DNA of 64,000 nt, taken from assembly GCA_030550455.1 (NCBI GenBank), contig JAUQPH010000001.1, positions 64,259 through 128,258 of the forward strand, read 5' to 3'. The stretch comes from Thermoproteota archaeon (GTDB lineage: Archaea > Thermoproteota > Thermoprotei_A > Sulfolobales > NBVN01). Positions 8,920 to 18,272 of this stretch are shown in pieces. Every line of letters begins with the position of its first letter. Position 1 is the stretch's first letter. A program made the position numbers and the translations under genes. Under the pieces are notes generated by a model that saw only the letters and a list, made by a program, of their open reading frames with translations, searched no databases and had not been told where the DNA came from.

Positions 8920-9720
8920 GTGTTCACGATCGTAGATATTTCGACGATCACTCTAATCCTCGCTACTTTATTCATAGTTTTACCGCTCTTAGCGTCGAGC
9001 ATAAAGGTTCTTAAGGAGTACGAGAGAGGTGTGCTCTTTAGACTGGGTAGGCTAGTGGGAGCTAGAGGTCCCGGGCTGTTTTTTGTAATACCATTTGTGG
9101 ACTCCATAGCCAAAGTAGACCTCAGAATAATGACTATCGATGTTCCGAAGCAAGAAATAATTACTCGAGATAACGTCAGCGTTAAAGTTGATGCCGTAAT
9201 ATACTTTAGAGTAGATGACCCGATAAAGGCTGTCACTAAGGTCACTAACTACATGTACGCAGTATCTTTACTTGCTCAAACGGTACTTCGAGATGTCGTA
9301 GGACAGGTTGAGCTTGACGACCTCCTGACGAAGAGAGACGAGATCAACAAGAGGATTCAGGGAATTATAGATGAGCTCACCGGTCCTTGGGGTATTAAGG
9401 TAGTCTCAGTCACTTTGAAGTCTGTCGAGTTGCCGGAGAGTATGGTTAGGGCTATGGCAACTCAGGCTGAAGCCGAAAGATTAAGGAGAGCTAGGATAAT
9501 TCAAGCTGAGGCTGAAAGACAGGCTGCTAGAATACTAAGCGAGGCTGCCCAGACGTACGAAGAAAATCCGAAGGCTTTAAGACTTAGGGAACTACAGACT
9601 CTAGTAGAGATAGCTAGAGAAAAGAACTTAATTATAGTAACTGAGTCCTCTTCGGTAGTCGGAGCCTCGATATCAGCAGCCGCAGCAGTAACGCGCCAAA
9701 CTACTCAGGCGGGTAAATAA
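8920..9720 (+). CDS. SPFH/Band-7 stomatin-family membrane protein
   Basis: 266 aa with an N-terminal TM helix, then EYERGVLFRLGR...GPGLFFVIPF and a coiled-coil AEAERQA repeat region, as in PH1511-type stomatins. Confidence 0.9.
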   Translation: MFTIVDISTITLILATLFIVLPLLASSIKVLKEYERGVLFRLGRLVGARGPGLFFVIPFVDSIAKVDLRIMTIDVPKQEIITRDNVSVKVDAVIYFRVDDPIKAVTKVTNYMYAVSLLAQTVLRDVVGQVELDDLLTKRDEINKRIQGIIDELTGPWGIKVVSVTLKSVELPESMVRAMATQAEAERLRRARIIQAEAERQAARILSEAAQTYEENPKALRLRELQTLVEIAREKNLIIVTESSSVVGASISAAAAVTRQTTQAGK

Positions 9721-11051
9721 TGCGTTCTAGTGCAATATTTCTTTTCATTCTAGCATTATTTATGTTCTCTGGACTGGCTATCGTAGCAGAAGTTAGTGCT
9801 ACTACTATAAACACACTCGTCCATGTTAGAGTTACCCCTCCTTGGGATATGATCGATACTGGTATTGCTGAGTGTATTGTAGACGCTATTAGCTACGCTG
9901 AGTCAAGGAAGCTCGGTGTTCTAGTAGAGCTTGAAACCTATGGTGGGTATCTAGATGCCGCACTTACCATCGGGGATAGAGTAGCTACGGCAACAACACC
10001 GGTAATAGTCTTTGTTTCAGGAGGGAAGGCTTTTAGCGCCGGCACCTTAATATCTCTTCCAGCACATATAATCGTTCTCTCACCTATTGCGACCATAGGT
10101 GCCATGCAGCCAGTTGCGATAAATCCTGTGACTGGGAGATACGAACCTATAAACGATTCTAAAGTAATAAACCCTATAATAGAGAAAGCAGTATACTACG
10201 CCAGACTTAGGAATAGGAATATTACTGCTGTTGAAATGTTTGTGACAAGAAACCTGGTCTTAACGGCAGAAGAAGCCGTGAAACACGGTGTGGCTGATTA
10301 CGTAGCGAGAGATATTAGCGACGCCCTTAAGTACATTAGCGGGAAAAAAGTTATTGCTGGTAGCACTGAATACACTCTATCCGACTTTCTTAGAGTAGAG
10401 GAGTATTCGTGCGGTATCAGGTCACGCTTTCTGTCCATACTCTCCAACACTCTTCTCTCGAGTGTATTAACTACTATAGGCATAATGGCAACTATCTTCT
10501 CTATTGCTTCAGGAAGACTTGAAGCTCTACCCTTAGCTCTGGTTTTCCTGTTTCTCGGTTTAGTAGGCTCGGGCTTCAACCCCAACTTCATATCCCTTTT
10601 CCTAATCCTAGTAGGAGCAGCGCTTCTGTCAATAGAGCTGTTTCTAACGCCCGGCTTCGGGATACTTGGGATAAGCGGCATAATAATGTTAAGCACCGGC
10701 TTTGCCCTTCTACCCACCGGGGGACCCACGTACATAGCTCCTGATGCTACTTTTGTTTTAGTATCGAGATACGTGGCTTTAGGAATAGGGGTGGGATTAG
10801 GGTCTTTAACAGCTTTCGTGTTGTATAAGGTATTGCAGGCTAAAAGACGCAAAGTAGTGCTCTTTGAACTTAGAGGAAAAGTTGGGCGAGCTATGGACCG
10901 AATTCCGGCAGGTGGTGAGGGATTCATTATAGTCGAAGGAGAGTATTGGAAGGCCTATTCTGATGAAGAGATAGAACCTAACTCTTTAGTAATAGTAGTA
11001 GACAGAAAAGAGAATGTGTTAATCGTGAAAAAGTATGTGGGGAGTAGCTGA
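9720..11051 (+). CDS. NfeD-family membrane-bound serine protease (stomatin operon partner)
   Basis: 443 aa. An N-terminal ClpP-like domain (GGKAFSAGTLI) is followed by multiple TM helices and a C-terminal OB-fold NfeD domain (GFIIVEGEYWKA). Its start codon overlaps the stomatin stop. Confidence 0.85.
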   Translation: MRSSAIFLFILALFMFSGLAIVAEVSATTINTLVHVRVTPPWDMIDTGIAECIVDAISYAESRKLGVLVELETYGGYLDAALTIGDRVATATTPVIVFVSGGKAFSAGTLISLPAHIIVLSPIATIGAMQPVAINPVTGRYEPINDSKVINPIIEKAVYYARLRNRNITAVEMFVTRNLVLTAEEAVKHGVADYVARDISDALKYISGKKVIAGSTEYTLSDFLRVEEYSCGIRSRFLSILSNTLLSSVLTTIGIMATIFSIASGRLEALPLALVFLFLGLVGSGFNPNFISLFLILVGAALLSIELFLTPGFGILGISGIIMLSTGFALLPTGGPTYIAPDATFVLVSRYVALGIGVGLGSLTAFVLYKVLQAKRRKVVLFELRGKVGRAMDRIPAGGEGFIIVEGEYWKAYSDEEIEPNSLVIVVDRKENVLIVKKYVGSS

Positions 11052-12183
11052 CCTACCGCTACATAGTGGTCACGTTCCTCCCTGGCTCTACAACGTTATG
11101 AAGAGAATGGCTAGAGCGATAGTTAAGCTTCTCGTTCTCGAGTACGGCCCCTCCCACTTGTTGACGAGGTTGTCGAATCCTTTATGGTTTCAAGCACTCA
11201 ATAACGCTATAGGAATGGATTGGGACAGTAGTGGCTCAACTACAGTTACTACAGCAATTTTGCGAGAAGTGTTAACTGAAGAAAACCTAGGAGTTTGGGC
11301 GGTTGGAGGAAAAGGGGCTAAATCTATCGAAGTACCTAGAGAAGTAAATGCATTAGTCGATAAGGGTCTCATAGGGTCTAGTATTGGAAGTGAGTTAATA
11401 CGGATATCGAGGCTTACTGCTAAGACTGATTCTGCGCTTCTTCAAGACGGTTTCTCTCTTTATCACCACATCATAGTGTTTGACGAGAAAGGCAGTTGGG
11501 TAGTCATACAGCAAGGCATGAACTCTAGCGAGAGAATAGCTAGAAGATACCATCTTTCGTGGGAAAGAGTGGACCCAGGTGATGTAACTATAGAGCCTCA
11601 TACCGGGGCATTGTGTGAAAAGACTACGATACCTCTAAACCTGAGTGCTAGAGAATCTCTTAAGAGTCGTAAAGCCATTCTAGACCTAGTACACGAGAAA
11701 CCCACGAAGATAGCTAAGTATGTACATACCGTTAATGCCATCATTAAAGGCTATAGACCTCTATTTGGGGAGCTACCTCGACCTGTAGTAACAGGGATCC
11801 CCTACTATAGACCTGTTAAACTTACTGAGAGACTTCTTAAGGTACTGAACGAGGCATACGAGGTTAGTCCATCGAGTTTTCCAGAACTCCTGCTGGAGAC
11901 GAGAGCTGGTCCAGAAACACTCAGGGCACTATCTCTCATTTCTGAGTTAATATATAGAGAGCCTCCACCTCTAAAGGATATCGAGGTGTACAGTCCGTTC
12001 AAGTACGCGTATACCATAGGTGGTAAAGACGGGGTTCCTTATCCAGTTAAGAAACAGCTTGCTGAAGAAGTACTTAATGAGTTATACGAGATAATAAGGA
12101 GGGCTGAGCTAGGCTATAAAGATAAGCTCAGGGCTTTCAGGTCTTTATCTAATTTAGCTCCACCCGATATCGCGCCAATTTAA
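11035..12183 (+). CDS. DUF763-family protein
   Basis: 382 aa. The N-terminus ADLPLHSGHVPPWLYNVMKRMA and the DWDSSGSTTV block resemble my recollection of the DUF763 family consensus. It overlaps the NfeD gene end by 17 nt. Confidence 0.55.
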   Translation: MWGVADLPLHSGHVPPWLYNVMKRMARAIVKLLVLEYGPSHLLTRLSNPLWFQALNNAIGMDWDSSGSTTVTTAILREVLTEENLGVWAVGGKGAKSIEVPREVNALVDKGLIGSSIGSELIRISRLTAKTDSALLQDGFSLYHHIIVFDEKGSWVVIQQGMNSSERIARRYHLSWERVDPGDVTIEPHTGALCEKTTIPLNLSARESLKSRKAILDLVHEKPTKIAKYVHTVNAIIKGYRPLFGELPRPVVTGIPYYRPVKLTERLLKVLNEAYEVSPSSFPELLLETRAGPETLRALSLISELIYREPPPLKDIEVYSPFKYAYTIGGKDGVPYPVKKQLAEEVLNELYEIIRRAELGYKDKLRAFRSLSNLAPPDIAPI

Positions 12184-12449
12184 ACTCTCTCGACCTCAAT
12201 TTCTATATATGGTACATACTTAAATCCTCTCTTCTCACTTCCTATTCTAACATTTGCTAGTTTAATGCTGTCTCCAAGCCTCGACTTGAGGGCGTTATAC
12301 AGTGTTACAGCTCTATGTATGTTGTCACCGCAGCCTCTTATTACAACTGTTTTAACTCCTTGGTTAAATATTATAGCTATTGACGCCATGTAATCACTGA
12401 TAGCCCTTTTTCCGACACTGACTTTATATGATTTTGTTTCGCTCATCAA
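12180..12449 (-). CDS. albA: Alba-family chromatin/RNA-binding protein (Alba2-like paralogue)
   Basis: 89 aa. It is colinear with Sso10b/Alba (NQGVKTVVIRGCGDNIHRAVTLYNALKSR ... YIEIEVERV). Confidence 0.75.
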   Translation of the reverse strand: MMSETKSYKVSVGKRAISDYMASIAIIFNQGVKTVVIRGCGDNIHRAVTLYNALKSRLGDSIKLANVRIGSEKRGFKYVPYIEIEVERV

Positions 12450-12590
12450 GTCCTCCTTATAGCACTCAACTAAGGTTAAATAAGCTTAATACAAGCGGAC
12501 ATGTAGTAATCGCACTAATCGCTCAGATTTATCTAATTTATCTAAATAATCCACACCCGCTCGATCGCACTAGCTCCCTAATGGTTTTCG

Positions 12591-14003
12591 CTATGTCGTT
12601 TCTATATTCAGTGACATAATCTTGCGTAAGTTGTTATAGAAAACATCGAATCTTCTCTTAACTAGTTCTGATTTTTTAGTAGCTACTTCACTAGCTCTTT
12701 TATAGTTTATCACTATGACGTTATTCTCTCTAAGGAGCACTATATCTCTAGCTAATCTCTCTTGCCAAAGCCACTGTCCCCACAATTTCCCCCTACCCAT
12801 CAGTTTGACTAGCTTGCTCTTTACGGTCTCGGGAATAGCTCTTGGTGAGGCAAAGGATAGGGGAGTTCCAGGAAGAGGTATGAATGTGTGACAATGTATT
12901 CTCCCACCGAGTTGTATTACCCTCTCTATCTGCTTCATTGTGATTTCCAAGTCTTGAGAGTCTTCCCAGGGTAGACCGAACATGTAGTCTACATCAACTT
13001 TAAAGCCGTGCTTGTTGGCGATAGCAACAGCATTTAATACGTCGTCAGCACCATGTTCTCTATGCAGTAACTTGAGAAGCCTCTCCGACCCTGTTTGAGC
13101 TCCAATATTCAGCTTTTTATTATCTACGTAAGCTTTAACGGTGCGCAGGGTCTCCTCGGTTACGTGCTCAGGTCTAACCTCGCTTGGGAAAGTTCCTAAA
13201 TAAACTCTTCCACCGAGACTTCTGACCTCTCTATTGAGTGTCTCTAGTAGGCTACTTAGGGCACTTAAATTGAGGTTCTTAGAGCACATGTACTCAAACC
13301 CGCTTGGGGATACAAACCTTATGTCTCTAATACCTCTAGTAAGAAGTTCCTTAGCGAACGAAACTACGTTTTCAGTACTTCTAAACCTAGGAAAAGTACC
13401 GAACAAGTAGCTTACTTGACAGTAACGGCAAGCGTGTGGACATCCCCTCATGATCTCTATGGGGTTAAAGAGGCCCAGCTCTCGACAAAAGGGAGGCACC
13501 GGATCCAAACTCAGTAATCTTTGTTTATTACTGTAACTTACCTTAACTCCACCTTCGCTTATAGTAGCTACTCCACTTACTGATAGAGGGTTTCCACCTT
13601 GTGTTAGCTCTATTACAAACTCAGCAAAGTTTTCTTCAGCCTCCCCGATGAAAGCTAGGTCAAACCCTAGGTTCAAAATAGTACCGTAAGGATCTCCAGT
13701 AGCGTGAGGTCCTCCAGCCGCAGAAATCCCTCCTAGACGTCGTGACACCTCTAAAACACTCTGGACCCTACTGTAGAGGCTAGGAATCTGCGTCGTCAAG
13801 AGAGACGCTATTAGAATGTGGGGTCGATTAAGTGAGCTAAGGACTTCCGAAACGTTAACCCAGTTTGTTAAAATAAACCTGAAGTAGTTATCTAGCTTTT
13901 CCTCCCTTAAACGCTTCAATAGGTAGCCTAAGAGAACGCTTATACTATACTTGTTTTCCTCTTCTACCACTACTACTACCGAAATTTTTGGCAACATTAT
14001 CAC
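12591..14003 (-). CDS. radical SAM protein with N-terminal B12-binding-like domain
   Basis: 470 aa with the CxxxCxxC motif CPHACRYC preceded by a Rossmann-like N-terminal domain. Start is GTG 14003 or ATG 13997. Confidence 0.8.
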   Translation of the reverse strand: MIMLPKISVVVVVEEENKYSISVLLGYLLKRLREEKLDNYFRFILTNWVNVSEVLSSLNRPHILIASLLTTQIPSLYSRVQSVLEVSRRLGGISAAGGPHATGDPYGTILNLGFDLAFIGEAEENFAEFVIELTQGGNPLSVSGVATISEGGVKVSYSNKQRLLSLDPVPPFCRELGLFNPIEIMRGCPHACRYCQVSYLFGTFPRFRSTENVVSFAKELLTRGIRDIRFVSPSGFEYMCSKNLNLSALSSLLETLNREVRSLGGRVYLGTFPSEVRPEHVTEETLRTVKAYVDNKKLNIGAQTGSERLLKLLHREHGADDVLNAVAIANKHGFKVDVDYMFGLPWEDSQDLEITMKQIERVIQLGGRIHCHTFIPLPGTPLSFASPRAIPETVKSKLVKLMGRGKLWGQWLWQERLARDIVLLRENNVIVINYKRASEVATKKSELVKRRFDVFYNNLRKIMSLNIETT

Positions 14004-14011
14004 CGCAAAAG

Positions 14012-14086
14012 TGGGCCCGCGGGGATTCGAACCCCGGACCTCCCGGTTATCAGCCGGGCGCTCTAACCAGGCTAAGCTACGGGCCC
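14012..14086 (-). tRNA. tRNA-Ile(GAU)
   Basis: Cloverleaf read by eye: GGGCCCG / GCUUAGCCUGGUUAGAGC / CCCGG-CUGAUAA-CCGGG / AGGUC / CGGGG-UUCGAAU-CCCCG / CGGGCCC-A. Confidence 0.9.
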
Positions 14087-14191
14087 CGAAAAACTATGCG
14101 TTAGCACTTAAAACTTTTAGCTTGGGGAACACCTGCCCAAGCCCCCAAAAGCTTTTATTCTAATGGTGTACGCAATTATGGTGCTAGGAGA

Positions 14192-15484
14192 TTGGACGTC
14201 TCCATGCTGCTTCCGGGATTGGCCCTGGGAGACCCTGTTGAACTAGGTATAAGAGCTACGTTCATAGCTTGGGGAGCTGTACTACTGTTTCTAGCAGTTA
14301 AAAAAGGTGTCGAGCCACTGCTGTTAATACCTATAGGGCTCGGAATGATCCTAGCTAACGTACCCGGTCTTCATTTAGCTAAGTACGTGTGCCACGACCT
14401 AAGCGGCCAGCTACCGGAGCTGTTAAAAGGAGTTGAGGGGTTAGTAAACGTAATAAACTTCGGGAACTATACGAGAGTATGCTCCCCGGAGTCAACGTCT
14501 CTCTTAGGCTGGATCTACCATCTTGTAGTCAGAAGTGAGATAGGTCCCATACTCATATTTGTAGGTATAGGAGCACTATCGGATTTTCGGCCACTAATAT
14601 CGTTTCCGGTAGGTGCTATCATAGGCTCAGCTGCGCAATTGGGGATAACTGTAGTAACTTTCATAGCTTTAGCTCTCGGATTTCGCTTAAACGAGGCTAT
14701 GGCCATAGGAGTAGTTGGAGGTGCTGACGGACCTACTACAATATATACCGCAGTAAATGTAGCACCTCACCTAGTGGGGCCTCTAACTATTGCCGTATAC
14801 AGCTATATAGCTCTCGTCCCTGTAATACAGCCACCCATCATTAGAGCTCTTGTGCCAAAGAGATATAGAGCTATCGAAATGCCAAGTCCTAAGGAGGTAA
14901 CTTTAGGTCACATACTCACGTTTTGGTTTATCTGTCTCCTAGTAGTTGGTGCCTTAGTTCCAGCAGCATTTCCGCTCGTGATAGCGATAGCTATGGGAAA
15001 CATCGTGAAGGAGCTCTCAACGAAAGTAGGCGAGCTTGAAAGGTACTTTAAGACTCTAGCGGACCCACTACTCGATATTGCGACAATACTTACGATGATA
15101 GGTGTTGGTGCGACTCTGTCCTACGACTTCTTATCGCAGTACGTAGCTGAGGCTTCACCAGCAGCATTCTTTAGCTTCATTGTTAGGGCCTTCATGATAC
15201 TAGCACTAGGTTTAGTAGCGTTTGCCGTATCTACAGCAGGAGGGTTGCTATTTGCTTGGGCTCTCTACTTCTTAACTAAGGGTAAGGTGAACCCAGTTAT
15301 AGGCTGTGCCGGCGTCTCGGCTGTTCCAATAGCTGCTCGAGTAGCTCAGAGAGAAGCACAACTCGCCAAACCAGGACTATACGTACTATTTCATGCTCTA
15401 GGACCTAACGTAGCTGGAGTCATCGGTACCGCCATAGTAGCTGGCTTCTACATATCGTACATAAAGCACTTCTGGGCGCCGTAA
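14192..15484 (+). CDS. Na+-transporting decarboxylase beta subunit (OadB/GcdB/MmdB family)
   Basis: 430-aa polytopic membrane protein with family motifs GGADGPTTIY and GCAGVSAVPIAARVAQ. Confidence 0.85.
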   Translation: MDVSMLLPGLALGDPVELGIRATFIAWGAVLLFLAVKKGVEPLLLIPIGLGMILANVPGLHLAKYVCHDLSGQLPELLKGVEGLVNVINFGNYTRVCSPESTSLLGWIYHLVVRSEIGPILIFVGIGALSDFRPLISFPVGAIIGSAAQLGITVVTFIALALGFRLNEAMAIGVVGGADGPTTIYTAVNVAPHLVGPLTIAVYSYIALVPVIQPPIIRALVPKRYRAIEMPSPKEVTLGHILTFWFICLLVVGALVPAAFPLVIAIAMGNIVKELSTKVGELERYFKTLADPLLDIATILTMIGVGATLSYDFLSQYVAEASPAAFFSFIVRAFMILALGLVAFAVSTAGGLLFAWALYFLTKGKVNPVIGCAGVSAVPIAARVAQREAQLAKPGLYVLFHALGPNVAGVIGTAIVAGFYISYIKHFWAP

Positions 15485-15764
15485 AGGGTAGAGCGCATTT
15501 CGACACCTCACTCAAACACATATCATTTTGAGTACACTCTTTACAAGCTAACGAATTAGTTTAAAACGTTGATAGGAGAAAGTTATAGTTCATCGAGGAG
15601 TCGACCCGCTATCACTATATAGAGCTGGTCACAGGTTTTATACTGTCCTTAGTGGTTATTGGAGTGTCGACTCCTTTATACTGCGCGGCTGACATAGTAC
15701 TCTTAGTTCCATTTTCTCATTAGCTTTATCTTAGTTCAAAGTAACATTAAGTAAGCATCAACAT

Positions 15765-16077
15765 GGGGTGTGCGGCCCCCGCCTTACTCGGAGCACCCCG
15801 CCCAAGGGTTCCGCGCACCGTCCTCCACCCGGTGACCCATGAACGCTGACGTCGGAGGTTAGGTTGCTCCCTTCCGGGCCTGGCCAGGTTCCCCCCACAA
15901 AGGTGGTAGGTCCTCCCCTCCAGGAGGACCTCCACCACCGCCAGCCCCATGGGGCGGGCTTCACCGCTAGTGCGCGGTCCTTGAAGCGAGATGCCTCCGA
16001 GCAGGCTAGGTTGCTGGCCCCGCTTTACGCCTTCGGCTACGGGAGGCGGCGAACTCCCAGCCCTACCCGCACACCCC
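15765..16077 (-). ncRNA. SRP RNA (7S RNA)
   Basis: A ~313-nt GC-rich island. On the minus strand it carries the conserved helix-8 motif GGCCCGGAAGGGAGCAACC (plus-strand 15863-15881). The 5' end GGGGUGUGCGG pairs with the 3' end CCGCACACCCC. Confidence 0.9.
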
Positions 16078-16353
16078 AACTAGGTAATCATAATCAAACT
16101 TTTATGTTTTAAGCGAGAGGCTAGAACTCATAGAGGTTAAGGTTTCATATATTGATGTAGTTTGATGTTGACCCTCGGCTTCAGAGATCTCAGTCCTCCT
16201 TACGTTGGAGGCTTCGTCTCGGTCTCTACCGCTCGGAGTGACCCAACCTACAGCTTTCCCTCATAAACTACCTCAAATTCCCGACCGTGGGGCAGTTCGC
16301 ATCCTGGCATTGAATATCGAGCTGCTAGATACCTCCCCTCTTCGTTACATGAC

Positions 16354-17874
16354 CTATAATGTGATCTTGCTTATGTAGTATAAACCAACGAGTGTATAGA
16401 ACGGTAAGAACTCTATCCTACCTAAGTACATAGCGACCATGAGGAGAGCCTTAGTAACTACTGGAGCCGACGAGCTTGTTATACCAGACGAGAGTCCTAC
16501 ACAAGAGAGAGCTGACGCGGTTTCGAAGAGAGAATCTATGTAGCTGAAGTTGGTGAGCCCAGAAGACAGTAGTGATAAGTGTAGAAGAACTGATATAATT
16601 ACTAGTGTAAGCGCATAAAGAACTACGTAGGAGTAAACCGAGATCAGTTCTTCTTCTTTAACTACTTCACTACCAACCCTTCTAACTACAACTACAGACT
16701 TCGGAATGAAGATCTTGCCCGGCTCCCATAGTAATGACTTAGCTAAAACTATCGCTCGCTTTATTTTGATACCGCCGGCCGTTGAGAATGTCGAACCTCC
16801 AACTACCATAGAGAGCACTAGAATAACCTTCACAACGTCCGGATGGTCTCCAATAGGAGTAATAGAGAAACCTGTTGTAGTAAGACCTGACAGCATGTGG
16901 AAAGTCCATGTCCAAAAAGACGATTCTGTTGAATTTATAGCTATAGCTGAGGTCCCTAGAAGAGCGAGAAAAACCAGAAAAATAGTCGCAAATCCTCTGA
17001 CTTCTATCGACTTCACGAACTCGCGAAGGCGTCCGAGGCTTAAGTTGTAGAGATCCATAAAGTTCAGCGCCCCGAGTACCATCATTATAGATGCTGATAT
17101 CACTACAAGATTGTTTCCTGCTCTAAACCAGTAACCCAAGTTCTCGGAATTAGTCGACATACCTCCAGTCGCTATAGCCGTCATTGAGTGAGCTATCGAG
17201 TCCATAAGAGGCATACCTGAAAGAACGAAGAGCAGCACTCCGATAGTGGTGTACACCACGTACAAAGTGAAGAGCTTTCTAGTGGTCGATATTATCGTAG
17301 GAGCTAGTCTAGCCCCTCTCTCGACTACGTAAATACTCCTAATGGACCTATGTAGAAAAGGTAATAGAACTCCCGAGATTACAACAACTCCAAGCTCCCC
17401 GACCCACTGCGTAAGAGCTCTCCAGATGAGGATAACTCGAGGTAGAGATTCCGGCTTATCTATAACAGTAAGGCCGGTTCCAGAGAAACCGCTAACTGAC
17501 TCAAAAAGAGCATCAAGAAAGGGCATATGGATCGTGTAGCTATACAAAGCTGCTGAAAACAGAGGAGCAAGTATCCAGAAGACCGAAACCACTAAGAAAG
17601 CGTCGACTAGCTCGACCGCGAGGTGCTTTCTGCATAAAGCGAAGATCGCTACGGAGACAGCATCGAATACCAAGGCTACTTCAACTATCTTTAAGCTAGC
17701 TTCTCTCTCAATAGCTTCGCTAAATACAAGAAAGCCTACCAAACCGGTAATAATTGCTAACGTAGAAACCGTTGCCATCAGGATAGCTAAACTAGATGCG
17801 AACCCCTTAACTCTAGCGAGCGTAATCTCTCCTTTCACCTCCACATATCGTATACCTATTGCGATTACATACAA
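16354..17874 (-). CDS. trkH: TrkH/KtrB-family cation (K+) transporter
   Basis: 506-aa polytopic protein with repeated pore-loop motifs (SGFSGTGLT, IATGGMS, LTTTGFS, SCVGLSSG). Confidence 0.85.
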   Translation of the reverse strand: MYVIAIGIRYVEVKGEITLARVKGFASSLAILMATVSTLAIITGLVGFLVFSEAIEREASLKIVEVALVFDAVSVAIFALCRKHLAVELVDAFLVVSVFWILAPLFSAALYSYTIHMPFLDALFESVSGFSGTGLTVIDKPESLPRVILIWRALTQWVGELGVVVISGVLLPFLHRSIRSIYVVERGARLAPTIISTTRKLFTLYVVYTTIGVLLFVLSGMPLMDSIAHSMTAIATGGMSTNSENLGYWFRAGNNLVVISASIMMVLGALNFMDLYNLSLGRLREFVKSIEVRGFATIFLVFLALLGTSAIAINSTESSFWTWTFHMLSGLTTTGFSITPIGDHPDVVKVILVLSMVVGGSTFSTAGGIKIKRAIVLAKSLLWEPGKIFIPKSVVVVRRVGSEVVKEEELISVYSYVVLYALTLVIISVLLHLSLLSSGLTNFSYIDSLFETASALSCVGLSSGITSSSAPVVTKALLMVAMYLGRIEFLPFYTLVGLYYISKITL

Positions 17875-18006
17875 ACGCTTTTAATATTTCTAGGCCTTAC
17901 CTAAGGAGGGTCTCTATGTTCAAACAACTATTCTAGTAGACAGGTTATGTCGACGATCTACCTCGTGTCAAGAGCCTTAAACAAAGTAAGAACTAATTTA
18001 ACGCAC

Positions 18007-18094
18007 TGGAGCCGGGGGCGGGATTCGAACCCGCGATAGAGCGGGTTTCTACACCACTGCAGCCCGCCGCCTTAGGCCGCTCGGCCACCCCGGC
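18007..18094 (-). tRNA. tRNA-Cys(GCA) candidate with 10-nt intron, U73 and encoded CCA
   Basis: GCCGGGG UG GCCGAGCGGCCUAAGGC G GCGGG CUGCAG[UGGUGUAGAA]A CCCGC UCUAUC GCGGG-UUCGAAU-CCCGC CCCCGGC U CCA. The loop CUGCAGA after intron removal, together with U73, are classic tRNA-Cys identity elements. The D arm is class-II-like, which is unusual. Confidence 0.6.
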
Positions 18095-18272
18095 TCCGAG
18101 ATAAATAGCTGTACAAAACTTAAAAATTTAGTCATCGCAAGCGATCCATCTCATTATATTAGCAGGATATCAACGGGTGCAACAAAAAATCTGAAACAGT
18201 TACTTGAGTCACTAGACTCACAAACAGGTACTGAGGTTAGACTTTAAGGATGCTTTTTGCGTTGTCTCGGAA

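Noticed and set aside
10298-10927. Long antisense ORFs inside well-supported genes. Examples: 10298-10927 in nfeD; 6189-6788, 6966-7481 and 7839-8021 in hel308; 16706-17050 in trkH; 25022-25450 in the DUF58 gene; 26451-26834, 38224-38761, 60533-60895, 62680-63015.
   Set aside because: Each lies entirely within, and opposite to, a CDS with clear family motifs. Their translations are Ser/Thr/Leu/Arg-rich with low complexity, which is typical of shadow frames.
15596-15675. Perfect 10-bp inverted repeat aggagtcgac ... gtcgactcct separated by 60 nt, between the OadB-like gene and SRP RNA.
   Set aside because: By rough estimate, several 10-bp inverted repeats within 100 nt are expected by chance in 64 kb. 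I have no other support for a functional hairpin.
15747-16112. Three overlapping ORFs (15747-16079, 15758-15964, 15864-16112) with Gly/Pro/Arg/Ala-rich products.
   Set aside because: They coincide with the GC-rich SRP RNA gene, which has the conserved GGCCCGGAAGGGAGCAACC motif and paired termini. The open frames are a by-product of high GC content.
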